Of a stretch of DNA of 64,000 nt, positions 30,213-38,961 are shown one piece after another. Origin of the DNA: Promethearchaeota archaeon. Lineage in GTDB: Archaea > Asgardarchaeota > Lokiarchaeia > Sigyniarchaeales > SOKP01. The translations under genes were made by a program, and so were the position numbers. The stretch covers positions 96,001 through 160,000 of the forward strand of contig JAEOTA010000086.1 of NCBI GenBank assembly GCA_016840085.1. Direction: 5' to 3'. The notes under the pieces were generated by a model. That model had not been told where the DNA came from. It ran no database searches and saw only the letters and a program-made list of their open reading frames with translations. Position 1 is the first letter of the stretch, and each line of letters begins with the position of its first letter.

Positions 30213-31364
30213 TTAATTCTCAACCTCAAATACAATCTTAAGATATTCATACTTGGAATTAAGTAATTTTAGAACCCTTGCAGCAAAAATCTTTAGATTC
30301 TTTACGTGAAGGCTTTTATCATCTTTCTGTTCAAGTAGAAACTCATGTATCATGTTTCTAGTAGCATCAGGACCATTTTTTTCAAGATATTCCAACCAAT
30401 GAATTGATTTTCTACAAATCCTTTTTAAACTGTCATCGGGATATTCCTTTTTATTTAAGATTTTCTCATGATATTTACTTATAGCATTACTAACTTTTTC
30501 TAAATAATCAGCAATACCCAATGAATATCTACACAGACTAATTAGATTTGAAGTAATTCTAGTGTTTCTAGTATTAGTTGCTGCTTCAAAAGAAACCCAA
30601 GCATCATTCCACTCGTCCGTATTTTTACTTGATAAGCCATCATTATGTAAGGCTACATTAATCATATCACTCAGATCTACATCGTGACCTCTTTTTATTT
30701 TTTTATTAAAAATCTCTCCGAGCTTTGTTCCTTCTAGGTAACTCCCCGCTCCAAAATCGAGTAATTGATTCAGGTTATTTGCCGCACAAAGTGCTTCATA
30801 TCTCACTTCACCGGTATCGAGATTAATCCATTCCACTTTTTTTTCCCATTCACCAGTTTCTTTATTCTTTATCCAACCCATTTGCCTTAAAACGTGGTCC
30901 AACAAATGGATTTGAAAAGTCCAAAAATCAATGTCATCAGTGAATCTTTTTCTTCTCCAATCTCTAGTTGTATATTTTGCTAAATACAATTTCAGAGTTC
31001 CACGAACTAACCCAAATTTTCCATCCTTTAGTGTTTCACAAGCATCTTTATAATAAACATTATCGGGGTCTTTCGAAATTCCAACTATTCTATTAATTAT
31101 TTTTCTAGCTTCTCTGGCAACAATATCGCATGGAATAATCCCATCAGATGGATAAGCTCTTGATCCTCCATCTAAAAACTTTTTAAACAATTCAAAGTCA
31201 TTTTCAGGGATATTATACCAGGGATTATTAAATATAATCTTACTGAATACATAATGAGAGCAACCAAATTCATCCACTTCAGTTTTATCATATAAAGGAG
31301 AAACATCTCTTAATTGATCTCCTTTATGGACAGCATCAGCTTTAATATCCCAAATTGTATTCAT
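30213..31364 (-). CDS. Hypothetical protein with nucleotidyltransferase-like (AbiEii/Pol-beta superfamily) motifs
   Basis: LVRGTLKL...KRFTDDIDFW and KKIKRGHDVDLSD resemble the GG..R.T.DxD and K...R..D..D motifs. Confidence 0.55.
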   Translation of the reverse strand: MNTIWDIKADAVHKGDQLRDVSPLYDKTEVDEFGCSHYVFSKIIFNNPWYNIPENDFELFKKFLDGGSRAYPSDGIIPCDIVAREARKIINRIVGISKDPDNVYYKDACETLKDGKFGLVRGTLKLYLAKYTTRDWRRKRFTDDIDFWTFQIHLLDHVLRQMGWIKNKETGEWEKKVEWINLDTGEVRYEALCAANNLNQLLDFGAGSYLEGTKLGEIFNKKIKRGHDVDLSDMINVALHNDGLSSKNTDEWNDAWVSFEAATNTRNTRITSNLISLCRYSLGIADYLEKVSNAISKYHEKILNKKEYPDDSLKRICRKSIHWLEYLEKNGPDATRNMIHEFLLEQKDDKSLHVKNLKIFAARVLKLLNSKYEYLKIVFEVEN

Positions 31365-31451
31365 ACCAAATATAATATTGAATGCAGACTTTAAATATTT
31401 TCAATTATATATAATAAGAGATTTTTTATTAATTGACTCTATAGGTATTAT

Positions 31452-32123
31452 ATGACTGATTTTTTTACTGTGTTTGCATTAACTGATGCTTGGGATAATC
31501 TTAAAACATCTGAATTAACTAAAATACGAGTTATGTCCTTGAAAAGTATTTTTAAAACATATCCTGTTATAGAACCTGTCTTTTTTGACGACCTTAGCTC
31601 AAATGTGAATAATAATCATCATTATTCTTGGATTCAGAGCATAAAAAGAATAGTGGGTCCATCCAATAATGATTATGATATTCAAAATTGGAATTTCTTA
31701 TGGGCTTTTGATGTTCAAAATAGAATGTTTCAATTCTTATTTCAAAAAGAAGACGAGCAAGGAATTTTAGCAGGTATTGCTCCGCCAGAATTAGCTAAAT
31801 TATTTTCTGAGCATGGTAAAGAAGCGATATTACGAACACTCACTTTATTAAATAATCCTTCAAAGATAAAATTTTTAATGATACTTGCCCCTAAAGGGAA
31901 GTCTATTGCCCAAGAAAGACAGCTCTTCCAATTGAGTACACAACAATATGACAGAATTAAATTTATCGATATGTTAAGAAAACAACCTAATATTTCGGGT
32001 AGTTGGTACCTGCATCATACACCACGATGTCCAATATGTAATGAACCGATGATAGAGCTAAGTGGGTATGATGTGGTGTTTGGGGAGTTAATTTGTCCTC
32101 GGTGTGGGTATAGGAAAAGGTGA
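31452..32123 (+). CDS. Hypothetical protein with C-terminal Zn ribbon
   Basis: CPIC-x15-CPRC at the C-terminus. Confidence 0.7.
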   Translation: MTDFFTVFALTDAWDNLKTSELTKIRVMSLKSIFKTYPVIEPVFFDDLSSNVNNNHHYSWIQSIKRIVGPSNNDYDIQNWNFLWAFDVQNRMFQFLFQKEDEQGILAGIAPPELAKLFSEHGKEAILRTLTLLNNPSKIKFLMILAPKGKSIAQERQLFQLSTQQYDRIKFIDMLRKQPNISGSWYLHHTPRCPICNEPMIELSGYDVVFGELICPRCGYRKR

Positions 32124-32652
32124 TCTGATTGTGACTTTCGTATAATGTTACAAAGATACAGAGGGATTTTCGTGTCACGTTAACGGGGTTTCGTGATACG
32201 TTATTCTGGATGAATTTTAGATTATTGAAGACCTTTTTAAATTTGAGTGTTAAACTATTGTTATAGTTATTCTTTTTTATACCTTAGGACATTTTGTGAG
32301 CAGACCTCATGGGGAGAAAGAAAAAATTCGGGGAAGAATCGGGCTTTGTGAGTGTTCGTGTTCCCAAAAGCAAAAGAGGAGAATACAGAAACGCAATTAA
32401 AAAATTCGTAGAGGCTAAATTTGCTAGGAATAATCACCATCGAGAACAGAAATCAGAATAGTTAGGTTAGCACGCTTTCTTGTTTATATTTTTTTCTGTA
32501 ATAGTTCCTAATTTTTTCCACAGGATTGCCGTAGCATTTATTTATATATTTGTTTTGGTCATTTCACGTATTTTATTATACCTTATTAGTTAGTAATTTT
32601 CTATATTGGGGCAGAGGGCTGTCCTCGTTGTGGATATAAAAAGATCAAATAA
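32094..32652. mobile_element. Small insertion remnant bounded by a duplicated gene 3' end
   Basis: TGTCCTCG(G/T)TGTGG(G/A)TATA at 32094 and 32620 (17/19 identical), both encoding CPRCGY; internal small ORF and inverted repeats. Confidence 0.5.
32309..32461 (+). CDS. 50-aa basic protein, ribbon-helix-helix-like
   Basis: MGRKKKFGEESGFVSVRVPKSKRGEYRNAIKKFVEAKF...: basic arm, alternating beta strand, amphipathic helix. Below the ORF-track cutoff. Confidence 0.55.
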   Translation: MGRKKKFGEESGFVSVRVPKSKRGEYRNAIKKFVEAKFARNNHHREQKSE

Positions 32653-32841
32653 TGATTGGATGCAAACTTCAGTGATAAGAAAAAATGTCCTAGTATAAAT
32701 TTGATAAGTTTGACAAAAAATATAAAAATACTTCCATCTTAACTTACTAAGACATAAAATTGTCGACATTGAAATTTCAATGCCTAAGCCTCAATTACTT
32801 TGTAGGCATAGTAATTACAATATTTATTGGCTAAATAAGAG

Positions 32842-34410
32842 TTGAATAAAAAAATGAGACATAAAGTTAGATTCATAACTATTTTAATATATCTAATCTT
32901 TATTTATGGAGTCTTTTCGACAATTAAACTTGATATATCGGAACCTACATATAGTTATGATGGTTGCAGTGAAGTCTTTACTGTTAACACAAGTTCTTCG
33001 AAGTATGCCAATGCTACAGTGATTTCGGATGGATTTAGTGGTGTCTATTGGAATGATGATTATAGTGGGGAGCCTTCAATTGCCATTGATAATGGGGGAA
33101 CTGTCCATGTGGTATGGTGTGATGGAACTGATGGTCCATGGGGAACTGATTACGAGATAATGTATGCGAACTATTCTTCTTCAGGAGGGTGGTCTAATGC
33201 TACAGTGATTTCAGATGGATTTGGGGGAATCTATTGGAATGATGGTTATAGTGATTGGCCTTCAATTGCCATAGATATTATGGGCACTATCCATGTGGTA
33301 TGGTGTGATGGAACTGATGGTTCATGGGGATATGATGAGGAGATAATGTATGTGAACTATTCTTCTTCAGCGGGGTGGTCTAATGTGACAGTAATTTCGG
33401 ATGGATTTGGGGGAATCTATTGGAATGATGGGCCTAGTGAATTTCCTTCAATTGCCATAGATAATGATGGAAACGTTCATGTGGTATGGTATGATGGAAC
33501 TAATGGTTTATGGGGATATGATAGGGAGATAATGTATGTGAACTATTCTTCTTCAGCGGGGTGGTCTAACGTTACTGTGATTTCGGATGGATTTGGGGGA
33601 ATCTATTGGAATGATGGGCCTAGTGAATACCCTCAAATTGCCATAGATAATGATGGAAACGTTCATGTGGTGTGGGATGATTGGACTGAAGGTCCTTGGG
33701 GAACTGATAGCGAGATAATGTATACTTTCATCGATGATATAGCCCCATCTATTATCATAAATACGCCTTCTCCAAATGAATTTATTGGAAATGTAGCCCC
33801 TGACTTCAATATTTCCATTGTTGAACCGAAATTATACACTACATGGTATACTTTAGATGACGGAATAACCACTATTGTATTTAGCGGATTAACGGGAACA
33901 ATCAATCAAACAGAATGGGACAAGAAAGGAAATGGTACGGTGACCATTAGATTCTATGGGAGTGATACCTTAGGTAACGAGGGGTATGATGAAGTAGCTG
34001 TTCGTAAAGATACTATTGCGCCAAATTCATCGATATCATACATAGTCCATAAAGAACCTAATATGGTGAATAAATCGACTACATTTACATTAACCGCCGA
34101 TGATTGGAGTGGAGCTGGTGTGTCTGAGATTAAATATAAAATAGATGATTCGGAGTGGTTTGAGTATAGCACCCCCTTTGACTTAGCTCAATATACACAT
34201 GGTGATATTCTTATCTCGTATCAAGCAATCGATGAAGTAGGTAATATTGAGACAGCAAACACAGAACTGGTGAAATTGGTGCGACCTCCTTCTGAAGGCC
34301 CTCTCGTCATAATCCTTATTGCAATCTTGTCAACCGTAGCGGGAATAGCAGTAGTGACAGTTACAATAGTTCTATTGCGTAAAAAGAAACGAGCAATTCC
34401 AGAGGAATAA
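32842..34410 (+). CDS. Cell-surface glycoprotein: signal/TM, four beta-propeller-like repeats, Ig-like domains, C-terminal TM anchor
   Basis: Repeats NxTVISDGFGGIYWNDG..PSIAID..G.VHVVW.DGT.G.WG.D.EIMY; NxT/S sequons; DxxAP Ig-like starts; C-terminal TM followed by RKKKR. Confidence 0.85.
   Translation: MNKKMRHKVRFITILIYLIFIYGVFSTIKLDISEPTYSYDGCSEVFTVNTSSSKYANATVISDGFSGVYWNDDYSGEPSIAIDNGGTVHVVWCDGTDGPWGTDYEIMYANYSSSGGWSNATVISDGFGGIYWNDGYSDWPSIAIDIMGTIHVVWCDGTDGSWGYDEEIMYVNYSSSAGWSNVTVISDGFGGIYWNDGPSEFPSIAIDNDGNVHVVWYDGTNGLWGYDREIMYVNYSSSAGWSNVTVISDGFGGIYWNDGPSEYPQIAIDNDGNVHVVWDDWTEGPWGTDSEIMYTFIDDIAPSIIINTPSPNEFIGNVAPDFNISIVEPKLYTTWYTLDDGITTIVFSGLTGTINQTEWDKKGNGTVTIRFYGSDTLGNEGYDEVAVRKDTIAPNSSISYIVHKEPNMVNKSTTFTLTADDWSGAGVSEIKYKIDDSEWFEYSTPFDLAQYTHGDILISYQAIDEVGNIETANTELVKLVRPPSEGPLVIILIAILSTVAGIAVVTVTIVLLRKKKRAIPEE
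33010..33728 (+). repeat. About four tandem 186-bp (62-aa) coding repeats
   Basis: Units start near 33010, 33196, 33382 and 33568 (AAT/C G.. AC. GT. ATT TC. GAT GGA TTT) with high nucleotide identity. Confidence 0.9.
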
Positions 34411-34676
34411 ATATCTTATAAAATTCCAAGAATTAATTTAAATTAAACTTCATTTTTTTCTTTTTATCATCTCAAGGATTAATTTTCTTTCAGTATAATT
34501 ATTTTCATTCAAGCTATAATTAAGGTTTATAGAGGGAAAATTCGCATTCACCATTCCTTAGTATCACTTAACTTTGTAAGCACCCTAAATAATCTTTAAA
34601 TATGAACAATGTACTTTATTAAGACTTATAACCTTACTTTTAATATCAAACTCAATTATTAAGAGATTAAATAGAA

Positions 34677-36203
34677 ATGTTTGTTGCTGCATTAGATTTA
34701 GGAACTACAGGTTGTAGGACGTATATTTTTGATTTGACTGGCGCAATAATCGCCAGTGATTACCAAGAATGGCAAAGCTTTTATCCTTCACCATCATTTG
34801 TCGAGCAGGATGCTGATGTATGGTGGGAATCTATTAAAAAAACAATAGAAATAGCAATTAAAAAGAGTGGAATTGATAAGACGGAGATTGTAAGTCTTTC
34901 TGTCACCAATCAACGAGAAACAATAGTACCTGTAGATAAAGAAGGAAATCCTCTTCATAATGCTTTAGTCTGGCAAGATAGAAGAACTATAGATCAAGTA
35001 GAATATATAAAGAACAAGATTGGAATTGATAAAATTTATAAAACCACAGGATTAACTATTGATCCTTATTTCTCAGCAACAAAAATCTTATGGTTTAAAG
35101 ATAAAAAACCAGAGATCTATCAAAAAGCTCATAAATTTCTACTTGTTTCTGACTTTATAATCTATAAATTAACAGGGAAATTTTGTACAGATTATTCAAA
35201 TGCTTCACGCACAATGTTATTTGATATTAAGAAGTTAAGGTATTCGGATGAAATTGCTGCTGATTTAGAAATTGATTTAGATAAAATGCCAGAAACTATT
35301 GAGAGCGGAGTCGAAATTGGAGAGATTTTAACTGATGATACTTTATTTGACAAAAAAACTTTGGTTGTTTCAGGTGCGGGAGATCAACAAGCTGCAGCTT
35401 TAGGTGTAGGTGTAGTTTCTCCTGGAGAGATAAAATGCACAACAGGAACCGGAAGTTTCATTCTTGCCTACTTAGCTGAGCCAAATTTTGATCCTGGCAA
35501 ACGAGTATTATGTAGTTGCCACGCAGTACCAGGAACTTGGGTTCAAGAAGCAAGTATTTTTACAACTGGAGCAGTATTAAGGTGGTTTCGAGATCAAGTG
35601 GGAAATGCTGAATGTTCTATAGCAGAAACAAAAGGTCAAGATCCTTATGATATAATTACCACTGAAGCAGAGAAATCACCTATTGGAGCAAATGGATTAC
35701 TTCTTATTCCCCATTTCGTTGGTTCTGGCGCACCTCATTGGAATCCACTTGCAAAGGGAATAATTTTTGGATTAGCATTGGGACATGAACGCAAGGATCT
35801 TTATAGAGCTGTGCTTGAGGGAGTAGCCTTCGAAATACGAAAAAATATTGAAGTGTTTAAAGAATTGGGAATTGAACCAAAAGAATTAATGCTAACTGGT
35901 GGAGGATCTCGTTCTGATTTTTGGAATCAGATTTATGCTGACGTGTTAGGAATTACATGTGTTAGGAATATTATTGAAGAATCAGCGTCATTAGGAGCTG
36001 CGATATTAGCTGCTTCAGGAGCTGGAATTTTTTCGGACATTACAAAAGCAGCTGAGAATTTATGTAAAGTAGATAAAAAATGGCTTCCTAATAATGATCG
36101 ACATATACTTTATGAAAAACTATATAATTTTTCGTATGAAATGTATGAATATATTAAAAGTAAAAATTTGTATCAAAAATTCAATGATATAATTTTAAAA
36201 TAA
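34677..36203 (+). CDS. FGGY carbohydrate kinase (xylulokinase-like)
   Basis: DLGTTG, TNQRET, WQDRR, GDQQAA, GTGS, GGGSRS. Confidence 0.92.
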   Translation: MFVAALDLGTTGCRTYIFDLTGAIIASDYQEWQSFYPSPSFVEQDADVWWESIKKTIEIAIKKSGIDKTEIVSLSVTNQRETIVPVDKEGNPLHNALVWQDRRTIDQVEYIKNKIGIDKIYKTTGLTIDPYFSATKILWFKDKKPEIYQKAHKFLLVSDFIIYKLTGKFCTDYSNASRTMLFDIKKLRYSDEIAADLEIDLDKMPETIESGVEIGEILTDDTLFDKKTLVVSGAGDQQAAALGVGVVSPGEIKCTTGTGSFILAYLAEPNFDPGKRVLCSCHAVPGTWVQEASIFTTGAVLRWFRDQVGNAECSIAETKGQDPYDIITTEAEKSPIGANGLLLIPHFVGSGAPHWNPLAKGIIFGLALGHERKDLYRAVLEGVAFEIRKNIEVFKELGIEPKELMLTGGGSRSDFWNQIYADVLGITCVRNIIEESASLGAAILAASGAGIFSDITKAAENLCKVDKKWLPNNDRHILYEKLYNFSYEMYEYIKSKNLYQKFNDIILK

Positions 36204-36353
36204 AGATTGTAAATGAGGATAAGACATTCCTCAAAATAATCAATTTTATATATTTTAAATGTTATGTTTTCTATAATTAAAACTTCTTGGTACTATTTGG
36301 AGTAAAAGTGCTTTTGTAATACGGAAAGCAATAGAGAAGAAATTGAAAATAGT

Positions 36354-36971
36354 GTGAAAAAAATGGAAGATGATTCTGCAACTAGAGTTAAAGAGTTTAG
36401 TAAAAATCAAAAAATAATTTCTGCGATATTTTACGTATTTATAGTTATTGCTAGTTTAATTACAATAGGAGGCGTAGTCTGGACGCTAGCAGATATTTTC
36501 ATTAGTCCAACAGAAAAACTTGATTTATTTATACAATTGAATCTAGGATGGCAAATTGCAATAGTTGGTGGGTTTTTAGCAGGTTTATTTTTTTTATTAG
36601 TAGTCTTTTTTGGTTTATTCAAAAAAACATCTCGTTCTTTAATAAAATTTATTTATCGAAAGAGAGAACTTGAAGAAAAATATAAAAATCGTACTGATGT
36701 GAAAATTGCAGCTGGGGGATTATTAATCAGTTTAATTGTTATAATTGGTGGGGTTATATTTGCAATTTTCTATAATATTTTTACTAGTCCTTCAGGAGAT
36801 ACAACTAACCTAAGCAATCTTTTAGGAAGCACAGGTCCTTTGGTATTATTTATTGGACTTGCACTCTTTTTGATTGTTGGTATCGCTCTTTTTATGATTT
36901 ACTTTTGGAAAAATGGATATTATTTATTGTTAAAAATATTTGGTATCTTGGAAAAAGAAGAAAAAAATTAA
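36354..36971 (+). CDS. Four-TM membrane protein with apparent internal two-fold repeat
   Basis: Two similar hydrophobic hairpins (ITIGGVVW / VIIGGVIF). Confidence 0.7.
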   Translation: MKKMEDDSATRVKEFSKNQKIISAIFYVFIVIASLITIGGVVWTLADIFISPTEKLDLFIQLNLGWQIAIVGGFLAGLFFLLVVFFGLFKKTSRSLIKFIYRKRELEEKYKNRTDVKIAAGGLLISLIVIIGGVIFAIFYNIFTSPSGDTTNLSNLLGSTGPLVLFIGLALFLIVGIALFMIYFWKNGYYLLLKIFGILEKEEKN

Positions 36972-37093
36972 TATCCTCAATTTTTTTTGATTAAATCAGA
37001 AATTTTATGCTCTTATATTTTTTTTATGCCTAATTATTCTCTACTTAATTCAAACCGTTATTTTAATCGATTTAATAATTTCTATTTGAAAAT

Positions 37094-38611
37094 ATGGCAA
37101 TAAAGATCGGAACTGTATTCAATTACTTACAATTACCTGATGTATCAAATTTCCCTTTTGTTATTAAGAGAAGAAAAGACGGAATATTCGTGCAAAAAGG
37201 TTTGTTTGTTTATACGGAATCTATTGAGGGATATTTAATTGGAATTATTGAAAAAATAATACTACTAAATGAATATTTTACTGACGCATTGACGATTAAA
37301 GCTTATAATAACAATAATCCAAACATTTTAAAGGGACTTTTTCCAAGTGATGACTTTGAATTTGCAATAGCTATTGTAAAATGTTTGGGTGTGATAAGAT
37401 TCAACGATAAAAATAAGAAAAAAATTGATAGAATCCAAAGAATGACCTATCCAGCTAGTCCTGGAAGAGAGGTATACGTGGTAGATGAAGATGTTCTATA
37501 TAAATTTTTAGGATTTGATACTGAATTTGGGTTGAATGTAGGCGCCGTTAAGGTGACTAACGTGGAAGCGAAAATTAACATGAATCGATTGCTGAATAAA
37601 CATTTTGCGATTCTTTCAATTTCAGGAGGTGGAAAAAGTTATCTCACTTCAATTCTTATCGAGGAATTACTTACAAGAAGAGAGGAGTGTGGAACACCTG
37701 CTATTATATTATTTGATGTTCATGGAGAATACTCTTATTTGCAAAATATACCAGAGTTAAAAAATAAAGTTAAAATATTTGATATCTCGTATTTTCAGAT
37801 AGCTGTTCCGAAAATTTCTCTTTATTCTTTTAAAAAGTATCAAGATCAAATCTCAAATGTTCAAGTAAGAGAATTATCAAAGTATATTAAAAGATTAAAA
37901 AAGGAGAAAAAGAACCTTTATACTTTAAATGATGTTATTGAGTCAATTGAAAATGAATCTGATGGAAATAGAAATACAAAACAAGCATTAATTGGATGGT
38001 TGTCTGAACTAGAGCGTTTAACATTATTTGGTCCTCAAGAAAATCCTGTATTAGATAAGATGATAACTAAACAAGAGATAACTATTTTTAATCTTCAAAA
38101 AGAAATAAGCATTAGAAAAAAACAAATAATTTTAGATTATATAAGTAATCGTTTATTTAATCTTAGGAGATTAAATAAAATTCCACCATTTTTATTAATT
38201 ATTGAAGAAGCTCACCAATTTTCTCCTGAAGCAGCTCATTCTAAAGCTATTTCTAAGCCAATTATTGAAATGCTTGCAAGAGAAGGAAGAAAATTCATGG
38301 CATGTTTATGCTTGATTAGTCAAAGGCCAAAGAGATTAAGCACAACAGCTCTTTCCCAGTGTAATTCTAAAATGATTTTAAACATAAAAAATCCGTATGA
38401 TTTAAAACACCTTATGGATAGTTCTGAAGCTATCACGAAGGAATATGCAAATATGATATCTAGTTTGGGTGTTGGAGAAATGTTATTAATGGGAACAGTA
38501 GTAAATTATCCTGTATTTATAGATATAAGAGAAAGGAAATTTCAATCGAATATTGAAGAACTTTCTTTAGCACAAGTATGTATTGATTGGCAGAAAAAGC
38601 TATTAAGTTAA
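37094..38611 (+). CDS. HerA/FtsK-family ATPase (HAS barrel + DUF87)
   Basis: KHFAILSISGGGKS Walker A, FDVHGEY, IIEEAH, AREGRK, SQRP. Confidence 0.88.
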   Translation: MAIKIGTVFNYLQLPDVSNFPFVIKRRKDGIFVQKGLFVYTESIEGYLIGIIEKIILLNEYFTDALTIKAYNNNNPNILKGLFPSDDFEFAIAIVKCLGVIRFNDKNKKKIDRIQRMTYPASPGREVYVVDEDVLYKFLGFDTEFGLNVGAVKVTNVEAKINMNRLLNKHFAILSISGGGKSYLTSILIEELLTRREECGTPAIILFDVHGEYSYLQNIPELKNKVKIFDISYFQIAVPKISLYSFKKYQDQISNVQVRELSKYIKRLKKEKKNLYTLNDVIESIENESDGNRNTKQALIGWLSELERLTLFGPQENPVLDKMITKQEITIFNLQKEISIRKKQIILDYISNRLFNLRRLNKIPPFLLIIEEAHQFSPEAAHSKAISKPIIEMLAREGRKFMACLCLISQRPKRLSTTALSQCNSKMILNIKNPYDLKHLMDSSEAITKEYANMISSLGVGEMLLMGTVVNYPVFIDIRERKFQSNIEELSLAQVCIDWQKKLLS

Positions 38612-38875
38612 ATCAGTAATTACACCATTTCTAATGGATTGGGTATTTTTTTTAAAAACTATCATTTTCTTATTTTTTGAGACTCGAAAAACGTTAATAA
38701 TATTCATACTTTCTAATTTCATAAATATTTCTTCTAAAATCAAGGAGTTAACGAAAGGAAATTCCTTTTTTAAAAGTTCTTCAAGCCTTTTATCCAAAAT
38801 TTCTCCCTTATTTTTAATAAGTATATCGATAATTGAATTAATTACAGGTTTTTTATTCCAACGATGAGATTCTAT
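38603..38875 (-). CDS. Small winged-helix-like protein downstream of cdc48 (probable ATA start at 38875)
   Basis: Frame is open upstream of the listed TTG: (I)ESHRWNKKPVINSIIDILIKNKGEILDKRLEELL...FMKLESMNIINV; GGTGA SD 6 nt before the ATA. Confidence 0.65.
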   Translation of the reverse strand: MESHRWNKKPVINSIIDILIKNKGEILDKRLEELLKKEFPFVNSLILEEIFMKLESMNIINVFRVSKNKKMIVFKKNTQSIRNGVITDLT

Positions 38876-38961
38876 ATTATATCACCAAATATAACAATTG
38901 AGGATTAGAGATTTATTAACTAAAATAAATAATTTTTAATTTCTAAATAATCTTTTGGATT

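Noticed and set aside
33010-33728. CRISPR array or DGR template/variable repeats
   Set aside because: The units are 186-bp in-frame coding repeats without spacers; no cas or reverse transcriptase gene is present, and differences are not adenine-specific.
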